DNA of 64,000 bases from an uncultured virus (IMG/VR IMGVR_UViG_3300022548_000001). Lineage: Duplodnaviria; Heunggongvirae; Uroviricota; Caudoviricetes. Under the pieces are notes generated by a model, which saw nothing but the letters and a program-made list of their open reading frames with translations, made no database searches and had not been told where the DNA came from. The stretch is taken from IMG/VR virus record IMGVR_UViG_3300022548_000001. One strand, given 5' to 3'. Shown piece after piece: positions 9,264 through 19,693 of the stretch; within the stretch, counting starts at the first letter, position 1; every line of letters starts with the position of its first letter. Both the position numbers and the translations under genes were made by a program.

Positions 9264-11308
9264 TGGCGCCTCCAAAATCAGCATGTTCATTATTAGCGCA
9301 AGGCTATATCACTATAGGCAAAATACGAAAAGCTATAGCGGATATACGAGCCGCTCTTGTTAAAGCCCAAAGAATAAAAAACGCGCTTAAATTTGGAACT
9401 ATTCTTAGTGGTATAGCCGACGTCGTTGGCGCTGAATTTTTTTCCGTGATTCAGTCTGTCGTTTCCTCTGTTGTCGGTGCTATTATGCGCTCATATTCGG
9501 CTGTAGTGGCTTCGGTTGTCGAGGCCTTTCTTTCTCCATTGCTTTTTATTTTATCCATGGGCCCTGAGTCTGTTTTTGCTCTTGTGAATCTTCCTTTAAA
9601 GGAAGCCATAAGCGCAGGATCAAAAGAAAAATTATACATTAATAAGGCAAAACATAATATTGATATCGTTATTCGAATAATTTCGCGGTGGTCTATTGAA
9701 ATAGGCGGCGGTAAATACGCGGATAAAATGGCGAAGGCGATACCGTATATAGAGGCTGCCATTAAGCGGTGCGATACGATAATAGCAAAGCTGGATAAAG
9801 CCAACACTGATAAATCATTAGTAAACATTGACCCGTCGTTTGCAAGTTCTTTTTTTGATGTAAGTGCATACACTTCGTTAAGATCTAATATTCAAGCGGC
9901 CATTGATATTACGAAATCGGATTCTGTCGTCGCAAATTATGATCTTATTGAAAATCGAAGAAGAGAATATTCCGATAGAAAATATCTTGAATATTCGGCA
10001 AAGATAAAACAAAAATATAGAATATTAAAAAGGGAAATTTACAAAAAATACGCCAAGTCGCGGCATACTATGAAAGACGTCGCGGAATACACGACAATGG
10101 CTTATCATTTAAAAAGGCTTGAAGATATAGAATTAAAAAATGCTCGAGCAAGGGCCGATCGTGACGCAGCCATGAATAAAGAACTGTATAAAGACATTTT
10201 ATTGGACATTCGAGACCAATTAGCGCTTGAAGGGCGGCAATTAACCGAAAATCTTTATCTATTTATAAAAAATATAGGGACGGCGTATATTTATTATCGT
10301 AATTGCCAGGCTATGACGCACTCTGTCTATACGATTCGAAGTCTTATTAGCAAGCTTATTACTCAAATGATAAGAATTATGACAATGACGGGAAACGCTC
10401 TTGGGGAGTCGGCGTCATGGACGATAACATTAACGAAAAATCTTCTTGAGCAGGTTTTAGAGATATTTAATTCATCAATTTATAAATTTAATCACCCATC
10501 AGAGGGCGGAATATCGGCGACGGGGCTGTCGGCAAAACTCGCTGTTGGGCACGGACTTTTAAAAACGGCGGATTCTACGATCGCCGCGACTATCACCGAA
10601 AGTCTTATTAAATCAATAAACGCAGATGAGGAGTATTTGTATCAAAGCGATAATATTAACAAGCTCGCAATAGAAATCGCAAATATACCGGATTGGGATG
10701 GAAAATTAAACGTATGGGCGGTGAACCCAATCAATTCTCACGTTCCTCCGTATACGTCTTTAATTACTTCAGCGACCGCGGTTATTGCAACGATTGGCGC
10801 TATAGGAATGGTTTCAAATAGCCAGGCTTTATCGACTATTCAGGCTCGTATTATTGAATTAAATAGGGAATTTAGAAAATTATCAATTCATAATGGAAAA
10901 GTTATGAGCGCTCTTGGGTCATATACGATGACGCCGAATCCTTATGTTGAAAATATTCGTGATATTTTGTCTAAACATACTAATATTACCAATTGGCTGA
11001 CCACGTTTAGCGTCGTTTCCGCGCTTATCGCGATGGGTCTTGAGGAAGACTTTCTTCGCGACGGATTAGGAAAAGATGATATACCAAACCTTGATAATTG
11101 TATATTATCGTATAAAGAATTATTTCCTGAAGACGAGGTCGTTGAGGCGATTATATTTCAATCTACATTAAAGCCGGCGCCGGCGATGCTTGACGATTTT
11201 ACGTCAAAATATGAACAGAATGACATGAATGTAGAGGCGAATCGTAGAAAAAATAAAAATATTTCAATAGTTTTTAATCAATCAGAGCTGGCTGGTAATT
11301 CTGCATGA
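9263..11308 (+). CDS. Hypothetical helical protein in the tail/baseplate cluster
   Basis: 681-aa ORF, TAATG-coupled, with hydrophobic and basic helical stretches. Confidence 0.5.
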   Translation: MAPPKSACSLLAQGYITIGKIRKAIADIRAALVKAQRIKNALKFGTILSGIADVVGAEFFSVIQSVVSSVVGAIMRSYSAVVASVVEAFLSPLLFILSMGPESVFALVNLPLKEAISAGSKEKLYINKAKHNIDIVIRIISRWSIEIGGGKYADKMAKAIPYIEAAIKRCDTIIAKLDKANTDKSLVNIDPSFASSFFDVSAYTSLRSNIQAAIDITKSDSVVANYDLIENRRREYSDRKYLEYSAKIKQKYRILKREIYKKYAKSRHTMKDVAEYTTMAYHLKRLEDIELKNARARADRDAAMNKELYKDILLDIRDQLALEGRQLTENLYLFIKNIGTAYIYYRNCQAMTHSVYTIRSLISKLITQMIRIMTMTGNALGESASWTITLTKNLLEQVLEIFNSSIYKFNHPSEGGISATGLSAKLAVGHGLLKTADSTIAATITESLIKSINADEEYLYQSDNINKLAIEIANIPDWDGKLNVWAVNPINSHVPPYTSLITSATAVIATIGAIGMVSNSQALSTIQARIIELNREFRKLSIHNGKVMSALGSYTMTPNPYVENIRDILSKHTNITNWLTTFSVVSALIAMGLEEDFLRDGLGKDDIPNLDNCILSYKELFPEDEVVEAIIFQSTLKPAPAMLDDFTSKYEQNDMNVEANRRKNKNISIVFNQSELAGNSA

Positions 11309-11327
11309 TAAAAATTATTTTCAATAT

Positions 11328-11774
11328 ATGGCTGACATCGATTTTATAACTGATTTAACCGGCGGGGATTTTAAAATATCCTTTACGAATAATCCGCAAA
11401 AAATAAGCGGAAACAGGGCGTTATTAAATCGTTTTGAAATAGTCTTTTTAACTAAAGCCAAGGCATACGTTCTTGATGATGGCGCAATTTATAATGATAA
11501 TTTTGGCGGCAATGGGGACGCTATTATTGTAAATTCCGGCTCTACACATGATATAAACGGTATTATAGCAAATATCATTGTATGTATAGAAAAAACGGTT
11601 AAATCAATGCAGTCTGATCAGGATTTTGTTCCTGATACTGAAAAAATTAGTGGCGCTAAACTATTGAATATATATATTCAAAGTGATATAATATATGCGA
11701 CAATTGAGGTTATTCCGGTTGAAATTGAGTCGTATGAAAGTCTTATTACAAACCTGCCGGTTATCAAGAGGTAA
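11328..11774 (+). CDS. Baseplate wedge protein, gp25/gpW-like (putative)
   Basis: 148 aa directly before the baseplate J-like gene; ISG...L..RF...FLT..FGG pattern. Confidence 0.55.
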   Translation: MADIDFITDLTGGDFKISFTNNPQKISGNRALLNRFEIVFLTKAKAYVLDDGAIYNDNFGGNGDAIIVNSGSTHDINGIIANIIVCIEKTVKSMQSDQDFVPDTEKISGAKLLNIYIQSDIIYATIEVIPVEIESYESLITNLPVIKR

Positions 11775-11780
11775 AGTCTG

Positions 11781-14756
11781 ATGATTAATTTTTATCAATT
11801 TTTAAGAAAAAAATTTTCCGAATATTCAGAATCAAGCGGCCAACAAGGCACTGCAATTGACGATATAGCGATTAAGCCGACGGGTCTTATTCTTGCCGAT
11901 TTTAGTAATGCGCTTGTTCGTACAAGACGTATTAATAATATTAATGAGTGGAAGAATATGACCGACGAAGAGCTTGACGCGTTCGGGGCTAAATTTTTCA
12001 AGCCGCGTATTATTGGGGCGTTTGCAAGCGGCTTTGTCAGAATATGGTTTGATTATAAATTTGATTTTGAAATATCTGAAAATTTTAGGGCGATTTCGGG
12101 CTCATCATTGAAATACCGTGCAATCCAGCCCGGATATATAAGCAAAAATTCATTTAGAAAAGCGTCTGACGGATTTGGGGCTTATTACGTTGACGTTCCA
12201 ATTATAGCCGAGTCTGAAGGAAGTTCATATAATCTTGAACCAGGGCGTATTACGTTCATTTCAGGGGTTGATTTTCAATATAAAACTGTTACCAATCCTG
12301 AAAAAATTCAAAATGGGTTAAATCGAGAAACTAACGAACAATATTATAAAAGGCTTCGATATTCAATAAATGACGGAAGCATGATGAATATTCGGAGTAT
12401 GTATTCAAGGCTTCCTGAGTTTTTTCCGTCAATTATATCAATGTATGTCGCAAATCCTGGAAACAAATATATGACTCGCGATCTTGTTTCCGGAGAAGAT
12501 TTATCCAGCCAGTCAAAAACCGCGTCATACCTTGGGAAAACCCAAGGAAATACTATGGTAAAACACGTGGCCTTTTATGGATCATTTCCCCCGGAAGCAT
12601 GGAGCAAATACGCCGATTATCTTGCCGGGCAATCAATTCCTTCCGCTTTTGATCGTCCATTGACTATTGAGGCGAGCGATAATACCCAAATGGATCCGGC
12701 GTATCATGGGTATCCTCTTGATCAAGAGGCTACGAATGAAATGTATGCAGGCTTATTTTTTAATGATTATAGCGGATATATGCAATATTCAACGCAAAAT
12801 TTGTTTGATATTTATGAAGAAAAAATAGGACTTGATCCGGTTATTGTTCCAAACACCAGCTGGATGTATGGGTCCCATTTAAGAAATAGCGGTGAATTTG
12901 GAGATTTTGTTGATGGAGTCGGCCCCATTGACGTTATGTCATTTCAAAATAATATTATTAAACTTGCCGGGGGATGTCAAGAAGCCATTTCTGTGTCAAA
13001 AAATATTAAAAAACGCATTAATGTAAAAATGACTGGATCATTTACGTGGCCGGAGACCGCCGAGTCTTTTAATAGTAATCTTCAATTTATGATTGGGGGC
13101 AAAAACGATTTTGTTGTTGATGCTTTCAGTGGAATCGGATTCGGTATTCGTCTGACCGGCGAATACGTTGAAGGGTCTTCTGATAAAAACGCAATTATAT
13201 ATATAGCTCATTCTGAAAGATATGGATCGGCCCAGGTTTTTGCTGCAAGCGAAGATATTATACCTGGATCAGGGGTTCCGTCTCCTGGGCAACATATATC
13301 TGTCGGTGATATGAGCGCGCTCGCCGAAACATCGTTTAATATTAAGCCGGGGGAACCATATTCGTTTGAATTTATTCTATACGACGATCTTAGGGTGACT
13401 TTGTATATCGAAAAAGAAAACCCCATTGGAAGCGAACCTGACAATGAGAAATTTTTCCGCTTTTCCTTATCTTCACAGCCCCTGAAATTATTTAAACAGG
13501 AGCTTTTAAATCCTTTTAGCTCCCATTATGGCACAATGATGAAGGTTACTCTTGAAACAAAATCAAAATCGCCCGCCGATATATGGGAGGTAGCCGATCT
13601 CAACGTATTTGACGTTGATGCTCATAAAAGCAATATGCTTTTTGCGATTGACGTCGGTAAAATGGAAGACCCCCTGACAATTTATATGAGGGCTTTTGGG
13701 CGAGGAGCTGTTCAAGGGCTGGCGTATGAAGGGTATGAAGCATATATTTGGGATAAAGAAGCGCATTCACCGGCCTCAAGTGCTCATTCTGAGCTCACAA
13801 ATGGCGGGTGGTCGCCGCTTGATGGTATATCAAACTCCGACGGTTCCAAACAGCTTACAACCGGACTGTTAAGTCATACCATTCAGAATTCAGATCGATA
13901 TATTGTTAATAGTCGATATGGAAAAATGATTTTTATATTGGTTCAAACGACAGGATCTTCAAAGGCTTCTATAAAATATGGCGGCGACTTTTCTGATGAT
14001 ATTGTTTCTACGCTTAAAGTTGATTATATCAAGGTTGTCAGCCGAGCCTCTCAATTGTATCACGCGAACAATAAAGCCGACATTTATGTGGTAACATATC
14101 AAAATTCTGAACAGCCGGAAGTCGTCACTTCTGTTCTTACAAAAACAAGTTTTGACTCGTTTTTTGAAATGAATGCTTATAATGGCTGTAAAATGCCTGT
14201 TGTGGAAATTATTGCTATTTTTTCTGGGGGCGCCGCGGAAGAAGTGAGCGCGATAGCGCCAACCGAATATTCCATTATTTTAAGCGGTGATGAATTACAT
14301 TCATCGTCTAAAGAAACGGTATTAATCGCTCTGAGAGACTCGTCAATTAATACAATTACGGTTCAATATCGTGCTTTCCCTATTATAAGCCAAATTCAAG
14401 AATTTTTTGACGGAACTGATTATGGAAAAATTTTTGGGGATATTCTTATTAAACATAAAATTCCAGTTAATATTTCTTTCTCGTTGTCTTGCACCAGCGA
14501 ATTGAATACCGAGCAAATCATTGATGAAATTAGAAAATATTTTGATAAAAACGACGGTCGAGTTTTTTCCGTAAACGAAATGGTCAGATATATTTATGAT
14601 AACGGAATCGCCACATCCGTAAAAGAACCTGTTGTCGTTTCATATTCAAAATATAATGATGAATGGCAAATTGAGTCCGGTGAATTTACTGATTTGTTAA
14701 CAATCAAAGAAATCGAGTTTTTTAGAATTCAAGATTTGACGGTGCAAAAATTGTAA
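11781..14756 (+). CDS. Baseplate J-like (gp6/gp47-like) wedge protein with a large insertion
   Basis: N-terminal ELD..G...R..G..ASG.V, VP.IAE..G..YN...G.I and N...I.NG.NRET.EQY..RL motifs. Confidence 0.8.
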   Translation: MINFYQFLRKKFSEYSESSGQQGTAIDDIAIKPTGLILADFSNALVRTRRINNINEWKNMTDEELDAFGAKFFKPRIIGAFASGFVRIWFDYKFDFEISENFRAISGSSLKYRAIQPGYISKNSFRKASDGFGAYYVDVPIIAESEGSSYNLEPGRITFISGVDFQYKTVTNPEKIQNGLNRETNEQYYKRLRYSINDGSMMNIRSMYSRLPEFFPSIISMYVANPGNKYMTRDLVSGEDLSSQSKTASYLGKTQGNTMVKHVAFYGSFPPEAWSKYADYLAGQSIPSAFDRPLTIEASDNTQMDPAYHGYPLDQEATNEMYAGLFFNDYSGYMQYSTQNLFDIYEEKIGLDPVIVPNTSWMYGSHLRNSGEFGDFVDGVGPIDVMSFQNNIIKLAGGCQEAISVSKNIKKRINVKMTGSFTWPETAESFNSNLQFMIGGKNDFVVDAFSGIGFGIRLTGEYVEGSSDKNAIIYIAHSERYGSAQVFAASEDIIPGSGVPSPGQHISVGDMSALAETSFNIKPGEPYSFEFILYDDLRVTLYIEKENPIGSEPDNEKFFRFSLSSQPLKLFKQELLNPFSSHYGTMMKVTLETKSKSPADIWEVADLNVFDVDAHKSNMLFAIDVGKMEDPLTIYMRAFGRGAVQGLAYEGYEAYIWDKEAHSPASSAHSELTNGGWSPLDGISNSDGSKQLTTGLLSHTIQNSDRYIVNSRYGKMIFILVQTTGSSKASIKYGGDFSDDIVSTLKVDYIKVVSRASQLYHANNKADIYVVTYQNSEQPEVVTSVLTKTSFDSFFEMNAYNGCKMPVVEIIAIFSGGAAEEVSAIAPTEYSIILSGDELHSSSKETVLIALRDSSINTITVQYRAFPIISQIQEFFDGTDYGKIFGDILIKHKIPVNISFSLSCTSELNTEQIIDEIRKYFDKNDGRVFSVNEMVRYIYDNGIATSVKEPVVVSYSKYNDEWQIESGEFTDLLTIKEIEFFRIQDLTVQKL

Positions 14757-14881
14757 ATGTCTAGTGGATAAATTATTGGCTTATGACTTTATGTATCTTT
14801 GAAATGTCGCGCTTAAAGAAAGGAGATGCGAAAATTTTTCCAACGATTAAAATTGTTGGTTTCTTTTTCGTGTAAAATCGC

Positions 14882-15508
14882 ATGAGCACTGGAATTTACG
14901 ACAATTTTTCAGGCGGAACATACGATCCGTGGTGGAATGACGCATTTAAATCCTGGCCTCTTCAACAATATCCGCCAGGATCTGGAAATTATGTTTCTGT
15001 CGCAGGCGGAGATTTGACGGCAGCCCTTATGCCTAGTGGCGCATCAATTTCTGGAGATTTTGTTCTTGAATCGACATTTCAACTTGGCCCAATAGATTCG
15101 CCGCCGGCACAAAACGAATCGGTTCATTTATTTTTATATAAATCATCAGACAATACCATATTATGTAATATAAATTGGCATAATAGTTATGTTCGTTGGT
15201 ATTGGGGCAATAGTGATAAAGATATTCGTTTGGAGCTGTGGTCTGCATATAAAGAAATAAAAGTTAAACTTGTTCGTATTGGCCCGACTATTACCGCGTA
15301 TTGGTGGAATTCTGTAACATCATCATGGGAGGCTATGTCTAATCCTATTACATATGCAGATCCTGTTTATATTATTGTAAATGGCGCTGATTATAATGGA
15401 TTTAGTGCGTTTAATTTTGAAGCGGATTCCGGATTTCCATATTCTAGCGGCTTAAAAAGATCTCAATTGTATGGGCAATTTATGTTTCAAATCGTAGGAC
15501 AATTATAA
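14882..15508 (+). CDS. Beta-sandwich (LamG/concanavalin-like) virion protein; paralog of the domain in 18863-19687
   Basis: Shares ISG..V.E, W...K.IK.K..RI...Y and FEA..G.PYS motifs with the downstream ORF. Confidence 0.45.
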   Translation: MSTGIYDNFSGGTYDPWWNDAFKSWPLQQYPPGSGNYVSVAGGDLTAALMPSGASISGDFVLESTFQLGPIDSPPAQNESVHLFLYKSSDNTILCNINWHNSYVRWYWGNSDKDIRLELWSAYKEIKVKLVRIGPTITAYWWNSVTSSWEAMSNPITYADPVYIIVNGADYNGFSAFNFEADSGFPYSSGLKRSQLYGQFMFQIVGQL

Positions 15509-15520
15509 AGGCGGGGTTTT

Positions 15521-16270
15521 ATGTACGAAGGCATTCAGAATACGGACAAATGGTTTCCAGTTATTCTTGTTGATTCAAATAATAACGGGGTAACGGGGAA
15601 AACTGTGAGTAATATCACGGTTACGTATCATTTTGAGGCAAGCGAAAGCAGAACGACATATTCTCCAAGCGCGTCGGACTGGAAAGAGGCCGGCGACGGA
15701 GAATATTGGCTTCGGATTGGCGAGTCGGAATTTACGCAGACAGGGAAATATCAACTTTCAATCGCAAGCTCCGGATGCCAAACCCATAGAATCCCTATTG
15801 AGGTAAAACAATATTCATTTGACGATAATGGTATAAAAATTAATTTTATTTATGATAGAATCGGAACGCCGATTGATTTTGGAAGCGGTGCAAATCTTTC
15901 AAACAATATGGTTGATATATATACATTATCGTCTACAGTCAATTCAAAAATTGGTTTCCCAATCGATCTTGGAGACGGATCGACTCTCGCCGATAATTTT
16001 ACTTCCATAGCCGGGAAAACCTCTGGTGCTTCGTCGTTTAATCGAACGTCTGATTCTCTTGAGGCGATATCCGACATGGAATCAGGCAATCTGAGCGCCG
16101 CAACCCTGAAAGATATTCTATTTAACCGAGAGGTAACCGGTCGACACGCAAATGGGAAGCCATCAGTTATAATCGCCGGGACCGGATCAAATCAAGTTCA
16201 AATTCATACAACTCTTGATACGGCGCCGGGAATGGAAGAATATATCAATAAAGAAGAAATAGTTTCATAA
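15521..16270 (+). CDS. Virion structural protein (Ig-like N-terminus, short internal repeat)
   Basis: 249 aa; IG.PID.G.G..L..N...I repeated twice. Confidence 0.45.
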   Translation: MYEGIQNTDKWFPVILVDSNNNGVTGKTVSNITVTYHFEASESRTTYSPSASDWKEAGDGEYWLRIGESEFTQTGKYQLSIASSGCQTHRIPIEVKQYSFDDNGIKINFIYDRIGTPIDFGSGANLSNNMVDIYTLSSTVNSKIGFPIDLGDGSTLADNFTSIAGKTSGASSFNRTSDSLEAISDMESGNLSAATLKDILFNREVTGRHANGKPSVIIAGTGSNQVQIHTTLDTAPGMEEYINKEEIVS

Positions 16271-16271
16271 T

Positions 16272-17804
16272 ATGTATCAATCAGGTTATCTTGAATCTGA
16301 TCTATGGCTTGAAGGGTTTATAGATCCACATGTGTGGTATATTAAGCTCGGTCCGCCGGATATTCAATCCGGCTCATACGATCAATCGTCTTTAACGATT
16401 ACCGCGCATGGTGATAATTTTTATCTCTATCCAGGGGTTAATGGCAAATTATATTATCGAAAACATGAAGACTCATGGGTTGAAATTCCGATTATTATTG
16501 TATGGAATAACGCGCAAATAATAGGGAAGATTTTTTCAAATCTTGAGATTGGATATTATGATTTAAAAGTAATTAGAGACGATTTGCAGGAAGACGTTCT
16601 TCTTAACGCTTTTTTAGTCGCTCCGCCTGGGCCGAGCGTTTATTATGTAGACGCCGAAGCGGTATCAGGCGGCGACGGTACGGAATCAAGCCCATGGAAT
16701 ATATTACAATTAAAATCATATTTTAAGAGCGACCCTGGGTATTTTCCAATAAATGGAGATATTATAAACGTTAAGGGTAATATCGCGGCTGAAACATTAA
16801 ATCCATATACTTTTTTGGTTTCCAACGTTGGTAATATAACAATAATCATTCAGGCGTGGAATAAAACAATACATGGAATGTTTACGGTGACAATGCCAAA
16901 AAGCGGGGTTAATCTTTTTCAAATCGCGCCAGAATCTTTTAATGTAACACTTGATATTCGTGATCTTGTTATATTGCCGCAATGGATATCCGGACCTGGC
17001 GCCTCTCCTCTTTCAATTATCAAATCTCTTGGCGGTTCAACAGGAATACATCATATCATTCTTCGTAATTGTATGATTTTAAGCGATTATGACGTATATA
17101 TGTCATCCGGTCCGGAAAATGTTAAAATTGATATATACGGATCTAATATATCGCTTAAAGACGCAAAATTATATATTAATGCGTTTTCAAATTCATTAAA
17201 TATTTATGATTCCGTCGTTAATTTGCAGGGGTCGGCGTCAATTCATGATAATGGAAGTCATTTAAATTGGAACCATTGCGAATTTAATAAAAATTCCTCT
17301 TTTATTCCTGGCGTTAAAAATGAATGTACTTTTGAAAATATCAAATTAAATGAGATGCCGACGTCGATATGGCCTGAATATTTTAATGAAAATGATTTTA
17401 ATTATTGGATATATAATATATCAAACGCAGGAAACGGGACGGCATTTTGGCTGGCGAATAATATTTCTCTTGATATTCGAGGCGGTATTCGGCGCGGCAT
17501 AGGAGCGTTCAGGTTTGACGCTTATAATTATTATGTTGATGGAGAAAAAACGGTTTCCGGGGATGGGTCTGAATCAAATCCATTTACGTTTAATCAATTT
17601 AGAAATTATTTTTGTGATTCTCTTGGCGATCCATGCAATGTATCGCCAACAGGATACGACACGTTTTATATGAAAAATATTTTTACACCAATTGATAATT
17701 TTTTTATAAAGATACATAAAAATATCGGCGGATATGTTATTATTAAATGCCACAATATAGGAACCAATAAAGCGTGGCTTATTGAAACAAAAGAATGTTT
17801 GTGA
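16272..17804 (+). CDS. Structural protein with one complete and one truncated beta-helix-like domain
   Basis: YYVD....GDG.ES.P motif occurs twice; the first domain ends RGIGAFRF and the second is cut by the stop. Confidence 0.55.
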   Translation: MYQSGYLESDLWLEGFIDPHVWYIKLGPPDIQSGSYDQSSLTITAHGDNFYLYPGVNGKLYYRKHEDSWVEIPIIIVWNNAQIIGKIFSNLEIGYYDLKVIRDDLQEDVLLNAFLVAPPGPSVYYVDAEAVSGGDGTESSPWNILQLKSYFKSDPGYFPINGDIINVKGNIAAETLNPYTFLVSNVGNITIIIQAWNKTIHGMFTVTMPKSGVNLFQIAPESFNVTLDIRDLVILPQWISGPGASPLSIIKSLGGSTGIHHIILRNCMILSDYDVYMSSGPENVKIDIYGSNISLKDAKLYINAFSNSLNIYDSVVNLQGSASIHDNGSHLNWNHCEFNKNSSFIPGVKNECTFENIKLNEMPTSIWPEYFNENDFNYWIYNISNAGNGTAFWLANNISLDIRGGIRRGIGAFRFDAYNYYVDGEKTVSGDGSESNPFTFNQFRNYFCDSLGDPCNVSPTGYDTFYMKNIFTPIDNFFIKIHKNIGGYVIIKCHNIGTNKAWLIETKECL

Positions 17805-17818
17805 ATGGATAATTGAAT

Positions 17819-18664
17819 ATGCCATACACATCGTGGGTAAGAAAAACATCATCGGCGGAATTTCAACCAAGAAGATTGGCGAGAGCTGTTTCACACAAAG
17901 GTTATTTATATTTAACCGGCGGGCGGGCTAATGAAGACGCCTTTAGCTATAGTGACGTATGGAGAAGTTCCAATGGAGTGTCGTGGACGCTTCTTACAAA
18001 CAATCCCGGTTGGTCCGCGCGAGCCGCCCACGGCATTGTTTCATTAGGTGATTATTTATATCTTTTTGGGGGAACTGAAACGTCATTAGTATGGAAAAAT
18101 GATTGCTGGAAAAGTAAAGATGGTATTACATGGATTCCAACGAATTTGTCCTGTCCGTGGGGAGGAAGGCATGAGTTTGGGTATGCCGTATTAAATGGTA
18201 GAATTTATATATATGGAGGGTTTGTTAATTATGAAAGATCAAATGATGTGTGGAGCAGTTCTGATGGAATATCATGGATAAATCATGGAAACGCTTCATG
18301 GTCTCCAAGAAGAGAAATGGGGAGCTGTTCTTTTGATAACAGAATATGGTGTATCGGCGGAGACGTATCATTTATGACATTCATTAATGACGTATGGTAT
18401 TCATATAACGGATCTGTATGGCATCAAGCTACGTCAAGCGCAGAATGGGGAGCACGCAGAGAACATGCAGCATTTTCATTTGATAATAAATTATGGATTG
18501 TTGCCGGGACAGGCTATGATGGAATAAAAAATGATACATGGAATTCTATAGATGGAATTACATGGAATCAATATATAACCGATCCAACATACTCTGCAAG
18601 ATATGATGCAGCCGTCGCGTTACATAATAATGCCGTATATGTAATTGGAGGGAGTACGGAATAA
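17819..18664 (+). CDS. Kelch-repeat beta-propeller protein
   Basis: Six R..H/..ly..GG...NDVW.S.dG..W repeats; ATG at 17819 preferred to TTG at 17813. Confidence 0.85.
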   Translation: MPYTSWVRKTSSAEFQPRRLARAVSHKGYLYLTGGRANEDAFSYSDVWRSSNGVSWTLLTNNPGWSARAAHGIVSLGDYLYLFGGTETSLVWKNDCWKSKDGITWIPTNLSCPWGGRHEFGYAVLNGRIYIYGGFVNYERSNDVWSSSDGISWINHGNASWSPRREMGSCSFDNRIWCIGGDVSFMTFINDVWYSYNGSVWHQATSSAEWGARREHAAFSFDNKLWIVAGTGYDGIKNDTWNSIDGITWNQYITDPTYSARYDAAVALHNNAVYVIGGSTE

Positions 18665-18861
18665 TGGCTTATCTTAATGACGTATGGTCTATAGCGCTTG
18701 ATGTAACGGAAAGCCCTTCTCCGCCGCCGCCAGAGCAGAAAAAATTTGTTATTATTCAAATAGGCAGTGAAGCGTATTTAAAAAAAATAATTATCAAAGA
18801 TTTTATTTTAACACAAAATACAAATGCTCTTGATAATATTATAACCGTTGAAAGAGTGTAA
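18664..18861 (+). CDS. Small structural peptide (Kelch-like strand, Pro/Ser linker, beta-helix slice)
   Basis: 65 aa, TAATG-coupled; MAYLNDVWS..SPSPPPP..IIQIG...IIIKDFIL. Confidence 0.6.
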   Translation: MAYLNDVWSIALDVTESPSPPPPEQKKFVIIQIGSEAYLKKIIIKDFILTQNTNALDNIITVERV

Positions 18862-18862
18862 A

Positions 18863-19687
18863 ATGAGCCTCGCGACATGGATTAAAAATTATTTCTATCT
18901 TGGCGAGCCTATAGATCCAGAATGGGCAAACCAGTCATATCTTGGTCTTTATACTTCGTCAGATTTGGTAACGGTATTATCGTTGATTTCTTCAGATCAA
19001 AAAAACGTACTGTTAAGTAATATCTCTGGAAATATGGTAATTGAATTTGAAATGAAGATATTAGATTTATTGCCGTCAGGAAATGATCCCAAATTACAAC
19101 TTATTCAAAATTCTTCGGTATTAATCGAGGTATGGTGGGCAAATGGAGCGTTGAACGTTGGAAGAAGCGGAAATTCGACATTGGTAACAAATACGTTTTT
19201 TGATTGGGCGCCACTTAAATCAATAAAATTTAAAATTGAAAGAATAAATGATAGTTTTAAAGTTTATTATTATAATTCAGGATGGATAGATACTGGGCAT
19301 TCTGAAATAAACTCTGGGGATGTGCATATAATATCAATTAATGGCGATCCGGCCGCTCATGGCTATACATATTTTGATTTTGAGGCTAATGGCGGCCTTC
19401 CATATTCCGCATCAGCGTCTGCGTCAATGTCTTCATCATATAGCGAATCAGCAAGCCCGTCTCCGCCTTTTGGGTTTGGAGTGATAAATATAGAAATAAA
19501 AAACGCTATGATATATTGCAAATCGGCGCATATAGATTTTTCTCCGCCCGATTCTGATATTACGCTTGTTGGCATGGGATTAACAATAAAAACTCCAGGA
19601 GTATTTCGTACATATTCAGATCCATTGGATACCGTATCCAGACTTGATGATTCGGTGGTAAAGGCGTCACAGCTTTCCGATGTGTAG
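18863..19687 (+). CDS. Beta-sandwich domain, Ser/Pro linker and beta-helix slice
   Basis: Paralogous to 14882-15508; ATG at 18863 just after the upstream TAA. Confidence 0.55.
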   Translation: MSLATWIKNYFYLGEPIDPEWANQSYLGLYTSSDLVTVLSLISSDQKNVLLSNISGNMVIEFEMKILDLLPSGNDPKLQLIQNSSVLIEVWWANGALNVGRSGNSTLVTNTFFDWAPLKSIKFKIERINDSFKVYYYNSGWIDTGHSEINSGDVHIISINGDPAAHGYTYFDFEANGGLPYSASASASMSSSYSESASPSPPFGFGVINIEIKNAMIYCKSAHIDFSPPDSDITLVGMGLTIKTPGVFRTYSDPLDTVSRLDDSVVKASQLSDV

Positions 19688-19693
19688 GTTATT

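Noticed and set aside
14756..14881. Mini-ORFs in structural intergenic gaps (MSSG at 14756, a ~30-codon ORF, also 17805 and 22319)
   Set aside because: Expected by chance in AT-rich DNA; no SD or conservation evidence available.
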